NCBI RefSeq assembly: GCF_902459465.1
Contig: NC_047079.1
Location: forward strand, 7,874,001-7,938,000
Direction of reading: 5' to 3'
DNA from: Asterias rubens
Lineage: Eukaryota
Length of the DNA: 64,000 nt
Each line of letters starts with the position of its first letter. Position 1 is the stretch's first letter. The translations under genes and the position numbers were made by a program. This document shows positions 24,021 through 36,156 of the stretch, piece after piece. Below the pieces are notes generated by a model, which worked only from the letters and a program-made list of their open reading frames with translations, had not been told where the DNA came from and ran no database searches.

Positions 24021-27000
24021 TTAGTTGTTATTTTCAGAGATTGACAATCCTTTGTTACTCACTCCTCCTTCTTTGCCATTCTCCAGACTGTTCTTGGATT
24101 TGAAGAGGGCGCTTATCTCTTCAAAACTCTTGTTCTTTGTCTCCGGAACAAAGAAGAATGTGAAGATGAAGAAGATGACCAGGAGGACAATAAAAATGAT
24201 GAAGACGTAGTCAGTCAGTGAGTTCTGTTTCAAGAAAGAAAAGAAAAAGAATAACATCTTGAAACCAAGCTTTACCGAGCTAAGAAGTCAATTTAGTGGC
24301 AACAGCCTCATCAACGCAGTTTAACCAAACAAGCATAAAAGCTCAAACATGTTTCTGGAACCCAGTGCACTTATTAAAAAAAGAAGGGGTCCGCCCTGGT
24401 TTGATTGGCTGCATATTGCACCACAGCACATTTCTCATACTTCAAATGTAGTACAACATACCTTGCAAACAAATACTGAATGTTGAAGTGACTTGGGCGT
24501 AACTGAGTTGACTGATTTGAGAGCTATATAAGCAGCAACTATTACTTTTATTATTATTATTAAAGCAGGTATCGAACCCTTGTATTGGCCCCCATGGATG
24601 ATGTCATACAATGGAAGCGTGTACCACCTGTCTTGCCTAACTCTCAGCCAATGATATGTCATCATTGACCTCAGTGAGGGCGCTGTTTGGAATTGTGACC
24701 TATTAGGTAACAATTAACAGTGGTTACCACCTCTTCTCTCAGCTGGGTCAGAGGTCACTGAGATTATTAACGGTTCTACAGTACCTGAAGTATTGGAAAC
24801 AGAAGACCAACAGCAAAGTTTGCTGTCCAGTTGACGCAGAATGCAATACTGATGGCAGCTGGTCTGGGACCTTGAGAAAACAGCTCTGCTACTATCAGCC
24901 ATGGAATGGAACCTGAAGGAAGAAATGTCGGAAAACATTGCTTAATATGCATGTTTTACTTTGTAAGAGGAAAGTTGTAAATTTCAATAGCACTCCGCAA
25001 TGATGCTTAAAAAAAAGCCAAGAACGGATCTCAAGTTTGTCAATGTCACTAACATACACACGTGTTATGTCCTAGTTCTATGTTTACTATGTTTACTATG
25101 TTTACTTGTACATGTACTGACAACAATACTAGTGCAGTTTGGTGTCAATGATGCAGTGATCAATAACTGGTGAAGTGTAGTGCAGTTTGGTGTGTCAATG
25201 ATGCAGTGATCAATAACTGGTGAAGTGGTTGTCCAACAGCCAGACATTTTGAGAAAAAAGTGACCTCATTAGTATGGACCATGCTATTACTACGATATCA
25301 AAATAATAATACAAATAATTTAATGATAATAACTTATTCATTAATATTGCGCCCATTCCACACAAGCGCATGATCAGGTTTTGACAGACAATATTCCTAA
25401 TCCTAACCCCAACCCTAACCCCTATTAGGGAATTAATATTCACAATTTTTTATTAGTATGTGATAATTTTTTATGTACTTTACACACGCTCACAATTGTG
25501 CCAACAGTCAATGGATAATCAACCAGTATATACTGGTTCCAACCAGTATATACTGGTTCATTGTATATACAGATTATATACTGGTTCATTGTATATACAG
25601 ATAATTGTTATGCAAATTTATTATCACAAAGAAAATGGCTAAGTACAATATGCTTTGTACAAAGCCTTTCAGGTTCATCTTCGTAACCATTCAAATCTTT
25701 TCTACTAAAGAAATTCACAAACAAAAAACAAACTTGCCTGGTCCAATTGCAAAGCCCACGGTAAAGAACATAACACAGACGATACTTATGTAAGAAGCTG
25801 GGTCCCAGTTCTCCTGTATAAAGAAACAAAGAAATATTACAAATCAGAAATAAATTGACAAGATAAATTTGAAGTGTTAAAAGCATGATTTTGTTGTGCT
25901 TAGCAATTTTGTTGTGCTTAAGCAGCCGACATTGGGCCCTAAGAAGTCCAAGTTTAATAACAAATTCTTGTGGTATGATGACACCATGAATCAGGGATAC
26001 TGGAACGATTTTAACGTACCCCAACGACAAGGAATATGGTCAGTAAAGATGCCCAGACAGCCATGAATCCAAGCCCAAAGAGATGAAGAGCACGACGCCC
26101 ACTGCGATCCATCAACGGCACCTATTAAAAGAACAAATCAACAAATTTCTGTTACTTAGACGTCAATAGAAATTCACCCAATCTGTTGAGTTAAAAAGTG
26201 GTTCCACAGTAAAGGACCAGAAGTTATTTTGTGCCACAGCAGTCTGCTAGTTGCATTTCTTTCTATGGCATTTTTAGCAAATAGTGCCCACTATTGTCAG
26301 ATTACTTACACTAACGATAGTCATCAGGACCATAACACCTCCAGTGCTTAGAGTTGCGTACATAGCGTTTTCCTGGGTAATGCCGGCGGCAACAAAAATC
26401 AGCGAGGAATAATACAGAACCTGTGAAAGAGAGTATTGTATAAAGACAAAGGAAAGATACATCATTTTTTATTTTTTATTACACATCAAACAGCACAATT
26501 GCACATAACGAGATGAATAGGAAGAAAGCCAACACAATGAGGTAGGGACTGAAACCCAATCCACATGCAAGACTTCAGTCTAAGGTGGGATATAGATAAA
26601 GGAAGAAACCCCCCAAGGTGGAAAACCCTTACAATGTGATAGGGACTGAAACCCAATCCACATAAAAGACTTCAGTCTAAGGTGGGATTCCAACCTGGGC
26701 GCCACAGATATAGATGATGGAAGAAACCCCCTAAGGTGGAAAACCCTTACAATGTGATAGGGACTGAAACCCAACCCACATGCAAGACTTCAGTCTAAGG
26801 TGGGATTCCAACCTGGGCGCCACAGATATAGATGATGGAAGAAACCCCCTAAGGTGGAAAACCCTTACAATGTGATAGGGACTGAAACCCAACCCACATG
26901 CAAGACTTCAGTCTAAGGTGGGATATAGATAATGGAAGAAACCCCCTAAGGTGGAAAACCCTTACAATGTGATAGGGACTGAAACCCAATCCACATAAAA

Positions 27001-30000
27001 GACTTCAGTCTAAGGTGGGATTCCAACCTGGGCGCCACAGATATAGATGATGGAAGAAACCCCCTAAGGTGGAAAACCCTTACAATGTGATAGGGACTGA
27101 AACCCAACCCACATGCAAGACTTCAGTCTAAGGTGGGATTCCAACCTGGGCGCCACAGATATAGATGATGGAAGAAACCCCCCCAAGGTGGAAAACCCTT
27201 ACAATGTGATAGGGACTGAAACCCAACCCACATGCAAGACTTCAGTCTAAGGTTGGATTCCAACCTGGGCGCCACAGATATAGATGATGGAAGAAACCCC
27301 CTAAGGTGGAAAACCCTTACAATGTGATAGGGACTGAAACCCAATCCACGTGAAAGACTTCAGTCTAAGTTGGGATTCCAACCTGGGCGCCACAGATATG
27401 AAAGGCAGGTAAGGAGACCACTGAGCCAACCTGGGCCCAATAGTTTTCAGTGTCAGTAATCAATTAATTATTATTATTACTATTATTATTTATTCGGCAT
27501 GTAAACACGTTTAAACATATACAGTACAAAACAAAAGCCAGGGACATATGCCTGGAATTAAAAAAGTTTACTTAAAAACTGTAACCCGAGGGCCTTCAAT
27601 TATAATATCCCTGGCCATATATTAAAATTACAAATGACTTCAATATGAACAGTTTATCTTCACACTCACGAACACCAGACAAATTTTCTGACCTTAAAAC
27701 TCACAAACTTCAGCTGGCAGCACAAAGAAAATTTGTTACCTGAAAGAGTTTAAAACACTAAAAAACATCTTTAAAATCTTTTGACGGAGCTCTTACAATG
27801 AAGTTTAACAAAACTCTTACCGCATTTATTCCTGACAGTTGCTGTGACAACTGCATGACAATACTGATCAACAGAGGGCGCCGTAATGAGCTGCGTTTGA
27901 AAAGTTGCCAGACGCTGACACGTTCCTCTTTCTGTTCTTCTGCATGCTCTCTCCTCATCTCAGCAATCTCATCTTGGATATCGGAATGACGTCGCAACCA
28001 AACAAGAGCTGGAAATAAAATAATAATAATTGAAACTGAGTACAGGTCATTATTTAATCACTGGGGCCAAACTCTTTAGAACAAAAACATTACTGAGCAC
28101 AAAAACAATTGTGATTACCATAACTAGGTTATCAGCCAAATTTATGTGTCACATACACCATTTGCGGCTGGTATTCCGTTCATCAGGTCAATTAACAACA
28201 TATATTGCATTGCCCAGATGATAATTACTATTAAAGTAAAAACATTCAAAGAAACTCGCTGTAGTCCAGCATGCTTAGACCAAACTTCAAAAATTTGGGT
28301 CTAGAATTCCTCAAGGTGTTTAAAATAACCAGGGAGAACCTTGTGTTTTTTTCCTACCTTTTTCAGCTTCCTTTTGCTTGTTCTTGTTGATTAACAAATA
28401 TCTTGGGCTCTCTGGACAGAACGGCATGGTTACCAGCTGAATTATAGCTGGTATTATTGCAGCACCCAAACACAAAGGCCAAAGGTCATCAGTGCCTGCC
28501 ATACATCAAAGAATAAAATACTATTGACAAAAGGATACATTTTTGGAATTGCTCGTTTACTTGTGATTTACATTTTAAAATAAGTGTGTGGGTTTGCTTG
28601 AATTGGTTAATCACTGACCAATGACCAAAATGGATGTCAGCGAAAACAACCCTGATTGCGTTGCGGCAAAACAATGGGGGTTGTTTTCGAAGGAACCAAT
28701 TTGGTTATTAGCCAGTATTTAACCAACTCAAGCAAAAACCACACAGTTATTTTGCCATTTGATAACAATAACAACCATTTGCAATACATGGCTACAGGCC
28801 TATATATGGCTGGTTTCTTTATTACAAAAGTACACCCAAATACACCTCAGTACTGTTGCAATTAGACTTGATATCTAGACGCATGTAAGCTTTTAGTCAA
28901 ATGTAGAGCCAGGTACATGACTCAACTTTGGAATTATGTGCTTACAATCACAACTCCTTATAGGGTTAGCGCCAAACTTTTATACAAGTTTTTACTTGTG
29001 TATTAAGCAAAGAATGCTTTGTACACACTCACCCAAGCAAAAGTAGCTGAGCTTTTAAAAAAAGCTGATTTTTCATTTACAAGAAGTAGAGCCATGGGCC
29101 CAATTTCATTAAGTCTGTAAGCAAAAAAGCTTAATAAGCACATAATAAGCACAGACAATTACTGATTAATAACAGCAGCAGGTTACCAGCCACAATAACG
29201 TTAATTTTACATTGTTTGTGACTGGTCCCCCACTCAATTTTTGCATAACAAAGAAATGTGTCAAGCAGTGTTTTCTGCTTAGCAGCTTTATGAAATTGGG
29301 ATTGGACCCTGGTTTGTAGTTTACCTAAGAGAACAGGAAGACCAAGAACCTGTGATAGTAAAATACCAACAGTCACACCCAGTTGGTTCATCACGCTGAT
29401 TGCACCACGTAGATTGAACGGAGACGATTCAGATAGGTACATTGGCACAATACCAGTGTTGATGCCTGTGGGAAAACAAACATTGAAAAAATTTGTTTAA
29501 GAAAACTAATGTTGGAAAAGACTACAAATTTCAAGCCAATGTAGATAAGACACCAAAAAAACAAACATTCGATTATGATTTAATTTGCATTTGGTAATCC
29601 AACAGGGGGTTTTGTTTCGTATAGTCTTATGTAATTTGTATTTGTATTTTTAATGTCTATTTTGTAACTGCTCATTTCTTACTCCGTGAAATAAAAAATG
29701 AAACATTCACTCATCAAGGACACAAACATAGCAGTCTATTTAGCATGTTAAGTGTCCTTTTGGGTACAGATATTGATAACGTTACAGGAATATTGTACGT
29801 GGGATGAGTTGAACCGCAGTAGACATATTGAGTCCTTTATGGTTGACTCAAGCGTAGCTCAGTGAGAAGCAAGGACAAACAGTGTCATGGTTCAATTACT
29901 CTGAATGCAATGACAATGTCATACCTCAAGGGACCACTAAGCAAATATCAAAATGCCTCTTTATGTATAATAGTAATAATAATAATAATAATAGTTATAA

Positions 30001-33000
30001 TAATAATAATAACCGTATTAATAGAGCGCCTTTTGCAAAGGATACAAAGCTTTAGGGAGAAGGCGACCAAAAGCCTAAAAGAGAACGTTCTTCTTATCGT
30101 GTCCACACACTAGCTGTTGTGTTTCAGCCAGGACTGAACACAACTTCTTGCAATATCATTATACTCTGCAAGGTCTTCAATTCTGCAGTTCTGAGAGATC
30201 AAGTGTGGTTTTCAAAATCCTTTCTGTGCCTTGAACACCCAGCAGGGTGGATACGTAAGTCTTATTATTATTATTATTATTATTACAATAACAGCACAGC
30301 CACCCATTGGGTTTTGAGGCATTGTACTTTGTCAAAACGCCTCTTTACAATGTATTGTATGAACTGCTGTATTATTATTGTATTGAGTTACGGCATTTTC
30401 TAACCTTCACCTTTATAAACATCTGCATACAGTTTGATTCTGTTGTCGACTGCAGTAGGAAATTGATTATAAATGCTTTACAAGTGGTTTTGCATAACAT
30501 CATAATTAGATTTATAGAAATTTGCCTCAGGTATAAAGAATATTAATTTTGGTTTTACCCATTACCCAGCAAACTGAGTAAACAGCGCTAACTCACATGG
30601 ATGATCATGTATATGGGTATAACCACCATTAATATAAGAATCAAAGTCCAACAGTTTGGGCGTTGAGGTGTGTTGTGGGATTAGAGTGAGATAGGACCCT
30701 GTGAGTGATTGGGGTGTTTTGTTTTGGATGTTTTGTGTTGGATGTTTTATTTGTGATGTTTTGTTTGTAATGTTTTGTTTGTGATGTTTTGTTTGTGATG
30801 TTTTGTTTGTGATGTTTTGTTTGTGATGTTTTGTTTGTGGTGTTTTGTTTGTGGTGTTTTGTTTGTGATGTTTTGTTTGTGATGTTGTGTTTGTGATGTT
30901 TTGTTTGGGATGTTTTGTTTTAGATGTTTTGTTTGTGATGTTTTGTTTGAGATGTTTTGTTTGTGATGTTTTGTTTGTGATGTTTTGTTTGTGATGTTTT
31001 GTTTGTGATGTTTTGTTTTGGATGTTTTGTTTGTGATGTTTTGTTTGTGATGTTTTGTTTGTGGTGTTTTGTTTGTGATGTTTTGTTTGTGATGTTTTGT
31101 TTGTGATGTTTTGTTTGTGATGTTTTGTTTTGGATGTTTTGTTTGTGATGTTTTGTTTGGGATGTTTTGTTTGTGATGTTTTGTTTGTGATGTTTTGTTT
31201 GTGATGTTTTGTTTGGGATGTTTTGTTTGGGATGTTTTGTTTGGGATGTTTTGTTTGGGATGTTTTGTTTGTGATGTTTTGTTTGTGATGTTTTGTTTGT
31301 GATGTTTTGTTTGTGATGTTTTATTTGTGATGTTTTGTTTGTGATGTTTTGTTTGGGATGTTTTGTTTGTGATGTTTTGTTTGTGATGTTTTGTTTGTGA
31401 TGTTCTGTTTTGGATGTTTACTGACCACAATTGATTCCCACGATGATTCTTCCAATAATGAGCATCTCATAAGACGAAGCTAACTGACTGAAACCCATCA
31501 GTAGAGCGGCTAGTACAGCTAAGACATTATTCATCAATAAACTGCCTTTCCTAAAATAGAAAGAACCAAAACAACGATTTTATTTCACAAACCAACAATT
31601 CCAATAAACCAGGGAACTGACAATAAAAGGAAGGTCTATAAACTCTTCACATGAGTATTTAAATTAGTCACATGATTTTGGGACACATTAAAAAAAAAAA
31701 AAAAATTGTTGCACAAGTAAAAATTCTTGGCTTATCGCCAGTTTGTGATCATGTGATAATCTTGATCAGATAAAGCTTGTATTTAACAAGCTGTGCACGA
31801 TGGATTTAGATGAAGGTACCCTTTATTTACTGGTGCTACCAGCTAGCATTGCCCCACGCTACACTGTCACGCACAGCTATGATGGACATTTTAATACACT
31901 CAAGCCTGCAATAGTTGATAAACCAATTAGCATTGCACCAGCCTGCAAATTCATCATTGAAGTCTTTTACACATCAACCAGGAAAGAGAAAAGTCTCGAG
32001 ATTAATGTAATATTTATAAATAACTATTTCCAAATAACCAGGTGTGATATTTAGTTCATCAAAAAAAAACAGTAAGAACATTTTGTTGAGGGACCTACCT
32101 TCCAAATCTATCTGCCATAGAACCAGCAGTTAAGGATCCGATCATCCCACCAACTGCAAAAATGGCCACAGTTGTCGCAAAAAGAAACTCATTTCTATCA
32201 TCCGGCATAAAAGAACCGGTCCGTCTGTATTCCGTTTCATTGAAGAAGCTTTGAATGATCTGAATAACAAAAAGTGATAAATCTCAATTAAGTGATAAAT
32301 CTTAACTCAGAAAGTTCATGAGTAAAATAACAATAACATTCACTTGAAAAAAATATATTTTTCTTCATCTCTGAAATCAACTAAAGCATGGAATAAGTTA
32401 ACCGTAAAAAATGACTCAGCAAAATAACATAAAGTTGAACATTTTAGTTTCTAAGCAGCTTAAAGAAACTGTGCCCAGTTGGAGGTGCAGTAAAGGTTTA
32501 AATCAGCCTATAATCTCTGTTGACATGCCATTTTGAGATAAGGTGGACACAGCACTGTGGTCCACTATTAGGCCAAATAAAAACAAATACCAGTTGATCG
32601 TCCGGATTTTGTCAAAAAAGAGGAGGATGAGGACCTTATTATTTATTATTTACTATTTTTTTTTCAAGATGGCCGCTTATTAAACAGGCCACCAATTCTT
32701 CAATTTGAATCAACCGCAAACTTATTTTATACATATTTGTTGCATGAGGACCTGTGTGAACTATTAACAGGGTCGGATTACTCTAAAAAGATTTGCTGGT
32801 AAGCATTCACTAATATTGTTTTATGAAACAGACGGTTACAAGTGTTCGAGAGCATCACAAAGATGGATTTAAAATAAAAAAAGGATGCGGGCGGGGACGA
32901 TCAACTGGTATTTTTTTTTATTTGGCCTAGGCTTGGGTAAATCTGTCTGTATACACCCAAACCAAACAGTGCACTCATTTAGTGTCCACCATCGGCCTAA

Positions 33001-35908
33001 GGTCTTGTAGGACTATAAACTTGGCTCTTCAAGGGCCTCCCTTTGGTGTAAAGTAGCACCTTAAGGAGGAATGTAAATTAGTACAGGAACCTTTCAAAGG
33101 GCTACACAGCAAAAGCACCTAGGGTTCCATGGCAACTGCTGTGGGCGATGTGTGTTATTTCCAGGCCAGTTCTTAGCCTTTGGTTCCCATGGTCCCCCCA
33201 AAATGTCTTGGTCAGATTTCCAGAGCATTCTTGGTTAAAACTGAAATTCCAGGCCTCTGGGAGTGGTAGAACTTCTACGCAGCTTCGAGTGTCATCATTT
33301 CAAAACTTCAATAACATGGGTCTCATCACTCATTCACTTCTAATACTGTTGGTTTTTACTGTACTATAGCTGAGAGAGTTAAGCAGGGGTTTTAAAATCC
33401 TAACAGTGTGTACAAAAAAAGCAGAGTCACCCAAGCTTCACTATCCATTGAATGGGTTTGAGGCATTGAATGGGTTTTGAGGCATCGCATGGTGAGGTCT
33501 AAGCATTGACTGGTTTTAGTCTATTTGCGTAGCATGGAGGAAGAATCAAGTTTCCTATACCATATATGTATTCATAGAGCTCTTTGATGTAATCAACTCA
33601 GTAGGGTAAATAGCAAAGACATTTTAGAATTCAAAGAGCAAATATACACAGCAAAGTAGATAAATACACAGCATTAAAATGCGACCTGAATATTCATACA
33701 AAAAGTACAGTTAGTTACATAATACTCAAGTAAATATTGATTGGAGAATTGCTGGTCACACAGCATTGTTATTCAACCCATAGAGCTAGCATCACCTCCA
33801 TGGATCAATCCTAACTCTATGCTTCATGATTCAACATGGCATGGCAATTCACTATGAACATTCACACACCACATGTTTGCACTCATTACATCATCCTTGC
33901 TCTATGGTTACATAAGTACAGGAGTACACCCAACCACATGGTTAGTGCATATGGTTAGTGGCAAGAGACAATCTTATACTAAAGGCCTACAATGACAAAG
34001 CATTATTATAGCAAAGGACCATAGAGTAAATATAACCACTGTCCCTCACAAAACAAACATCTTCAACCCAACTGTTCATCTTGGATAGTAGTATGGATAT
34101 ATCATTGGCCGTTTGTGGTCCTAAACTTAAACACTTAACACTCAGAATGAAAGGTGTGCTATGCAGTTGAATGATTTGTGTACACACCAGTGCAGAAATG
34201 ACCAATGCATTAGGTGGAGCATTGTTCCTCGTTTATAAAGGAACTGAGAAACACTTGGGATTATATATTGAATTTTTTTTTCCTGGTTCATAACATTATT
34301 CTATTATTTGCACCCAGAGACAAATTGTTCCTTTATGTCATTTGTTGTGTTATTTGCAATGCTACTGTCTGTTTGCTATGAGTGCTGTGGTCTTAATGGA
34401 ATGACGCTATATAAAGCCCAGTGTACATGTGTATGTTGACAATGAACATAACAAGATTAAAACCATCAACTATGTACACATCTATCAACAGGGTCTACTT
34501 AAAAATGCACACCAAATTTGTGTGAAATATTTGTATGTGTTGACTCTCTACTGATCTATTTGATAAATCAGTTAATTACAATGTCAACAAGTGTCAAAGG
34601 TCAAGAGATAGGTTTCATAAGAAAGGAGTGGTGAGATTTTGAAAAGGCATTGCGCACTAAAACTATACTCAACTTGACCCAGAAGTTGAGTGCTACAGTA
34701 TGCATAAAAATGCAAAATTTGACCTTTCATTCTTGATTTGACAAACGCAAGAAATATAATTTCTTTTTAAAATGCAAATTTTGACCTTTCATTCTTGATT
34801 TGGCAAACATGAGAAATATTTCATTTATAAGTATCTGTAGCTGCTTGGGGATAAGGTTTACGAGATAGCCAGTGGGTTAGCAAACTAAGTAAGTGCCTTT
34901 TTGAAGCAGGAAATGTGCAGTTAGCGTTAATTTTCTGGGGTTTTGTTTCCTAGGGATTGTTGGGAGTGTGAAAAAACTAATCTTGGCAAATTAAGCCGAA
35001 GTCCTTCTTCAAATCAAACCTTTTTTAGAGTTGTTTTCAGGAAACTAGTTTACAATTTTTTGTTTCCCATATTGTAATCAATTCTAAATTTGGGGTGTTT
35101 TAAAATTAATGTAAGCAAATGATATTCTTGGTTAATATTTGTTAAACAATGCTTCGTCATAACAAGCAGTTAAATTGTAAAAACTGTCACCAGAAATAAA
35201 CAATTTCTATTTCATACTCACTGGTTTGGGGTTGTTGATGACGCCAGTATTGTAACCAAACTGTAGAGATGAACCAAGTACAGCGGAACATGTTGCAAAA
35301 ACAAGAGGTGCTGTCAAGGATTCCTGAAAGAAAATTATATGGTGTGAAGATGTTACAAATGATTCGATTTACAAACAGAATATAAACTGATTCCAACATT
35401 TTTTGTACTGGGATCAATAAATTTGGATCTCAGACAACTTGTCAAATTTGTTGTTCTATATGTAAATTTGTATACACAGTGTTTTTTTGTTTTAATGTGG
35501 TTCCTTTTTGTTTGCAATTGTTGGCCTGTAGTGCAGGGATTGGTCCGAACGTCCCTACCAGTCACCGGCCATAGAGAACTGACAAGGACAAGGTCCACGT
35601 GTTTGTGTGCATGAAAACTCAAGTCGTCGGAGCCCCTCATCAAGTCAATCAAAAAGAGACAAAAAGCAACTAGCTGATGTCAAACAAAATAAAGAAAAGA
35701 AAACTTAAAAAAACAGTACCTGTTTAACGGTATGCGAGTCGTGTGCTCCATTTTCAAGCCCGTTCTTCTCATTCACTGAAGGTTTTGATTCCATGACGTT
35801 CTCCTCTTTATTGCCGTCCATCCTTGAGCGTGTTTTATCTTCATCTACGCTACTACTACTACTGGCGGCAGTTGTAGACCATTGATCTCTAGACGTTGAC
35901 CCGTACAT
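24021..35908 (-). CDS. SLC2A1: Facilitated glucose transporter, GLUT1-like class I (SLC2A family), paralogue 2; 554 aa, 12 exons
   Basis: Exons (minus strand): 35908-35720, 35323-35222, 32259-32099, 31550-31426, 29465-29325, 28495-28358, 28008-27821, 26420-26310, 26121-26020, 25813-25738, 24912-24785, 24224-24021; total 1665 nt, phases consistent, one GC-AG intron. Motifs: [79 protein letters not shown]. The symbol means SLC2A1-like; one-to-one orthology is not shown. Confidence 0.95.
26543..27438 (-). repeat. Tandem array (8 units of 97/118-119 bp) derived from a tRNA-related SINE
   Basis: Units anchored at tagggactgaaaccc: 26543, 26640, 26758, 26876, 26973, 27091, 27210, 27328. The last unit carries a SINE head (minus-strand TGGCTCAGTGG A box and GGTTGGAATCCC B-box-like). 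A monomeric relative lies at 42600-42765. Confidence 0.85.
29096..29300. mobile_element. MITE, same family as 16173-16368
   Basis: gggcccaatttcattaag ... gcagctttatgaaattggg. Confidence 0.65.
30715..31419. repeat. 14-bp minisatellite (TTGTGATGTTTTGT)n, about 50 copies
   Basis: Directly visible; it starts a few nt inside the intron after the donor at 31425 and accounts for the spurious 227-aa ORF. Confidence 0.95.
32571..32927. mobile_element. TA-flanked MITE
   Basis: TA|GGCCAAATAAAAACAAATACCAGTTGATCGTCC ... GGACGATCAACTGGTATTTTTTTTTATTTGGCC|TA. Confidence 0.8.
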
Positions 35909-36156
35909 TTATCACTAGTATTAGTAATAAGCACGGCGGGCAGAACATAACGGAAGATGATGCGTGACTCCGCTGAAAAACCATCACGTGTGTTTGGTTT
36001 GATAACATAGCGCTAGGTTCAAAGGTCAGCATAGATTTGGCACAAGAAGTCAGTGATCGATGGTGTGCGCCCTCATATGGTACGATTAAACCAATCGTTT
36101 ACTACAGCAAATCAGGGGGTAGACTGGGGCTCCTGTCTTTATGTTCAGGCTAACCA

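Noticed and set aside
29096-29324. MITE near the displaced intron donor as the cause of intron gain
   Set aside because: The element ends about 24 nt from the donor and supplies neither splice site; an unrelated later insertion is simpler.
30747-31430. 227-aa ORF of [14 protein letters not shown] repeats
   Set aside because: It is the translation of a 14-bp intronic minisatellite that lacks stops in one frame, and starts at a GLUT splice donor.
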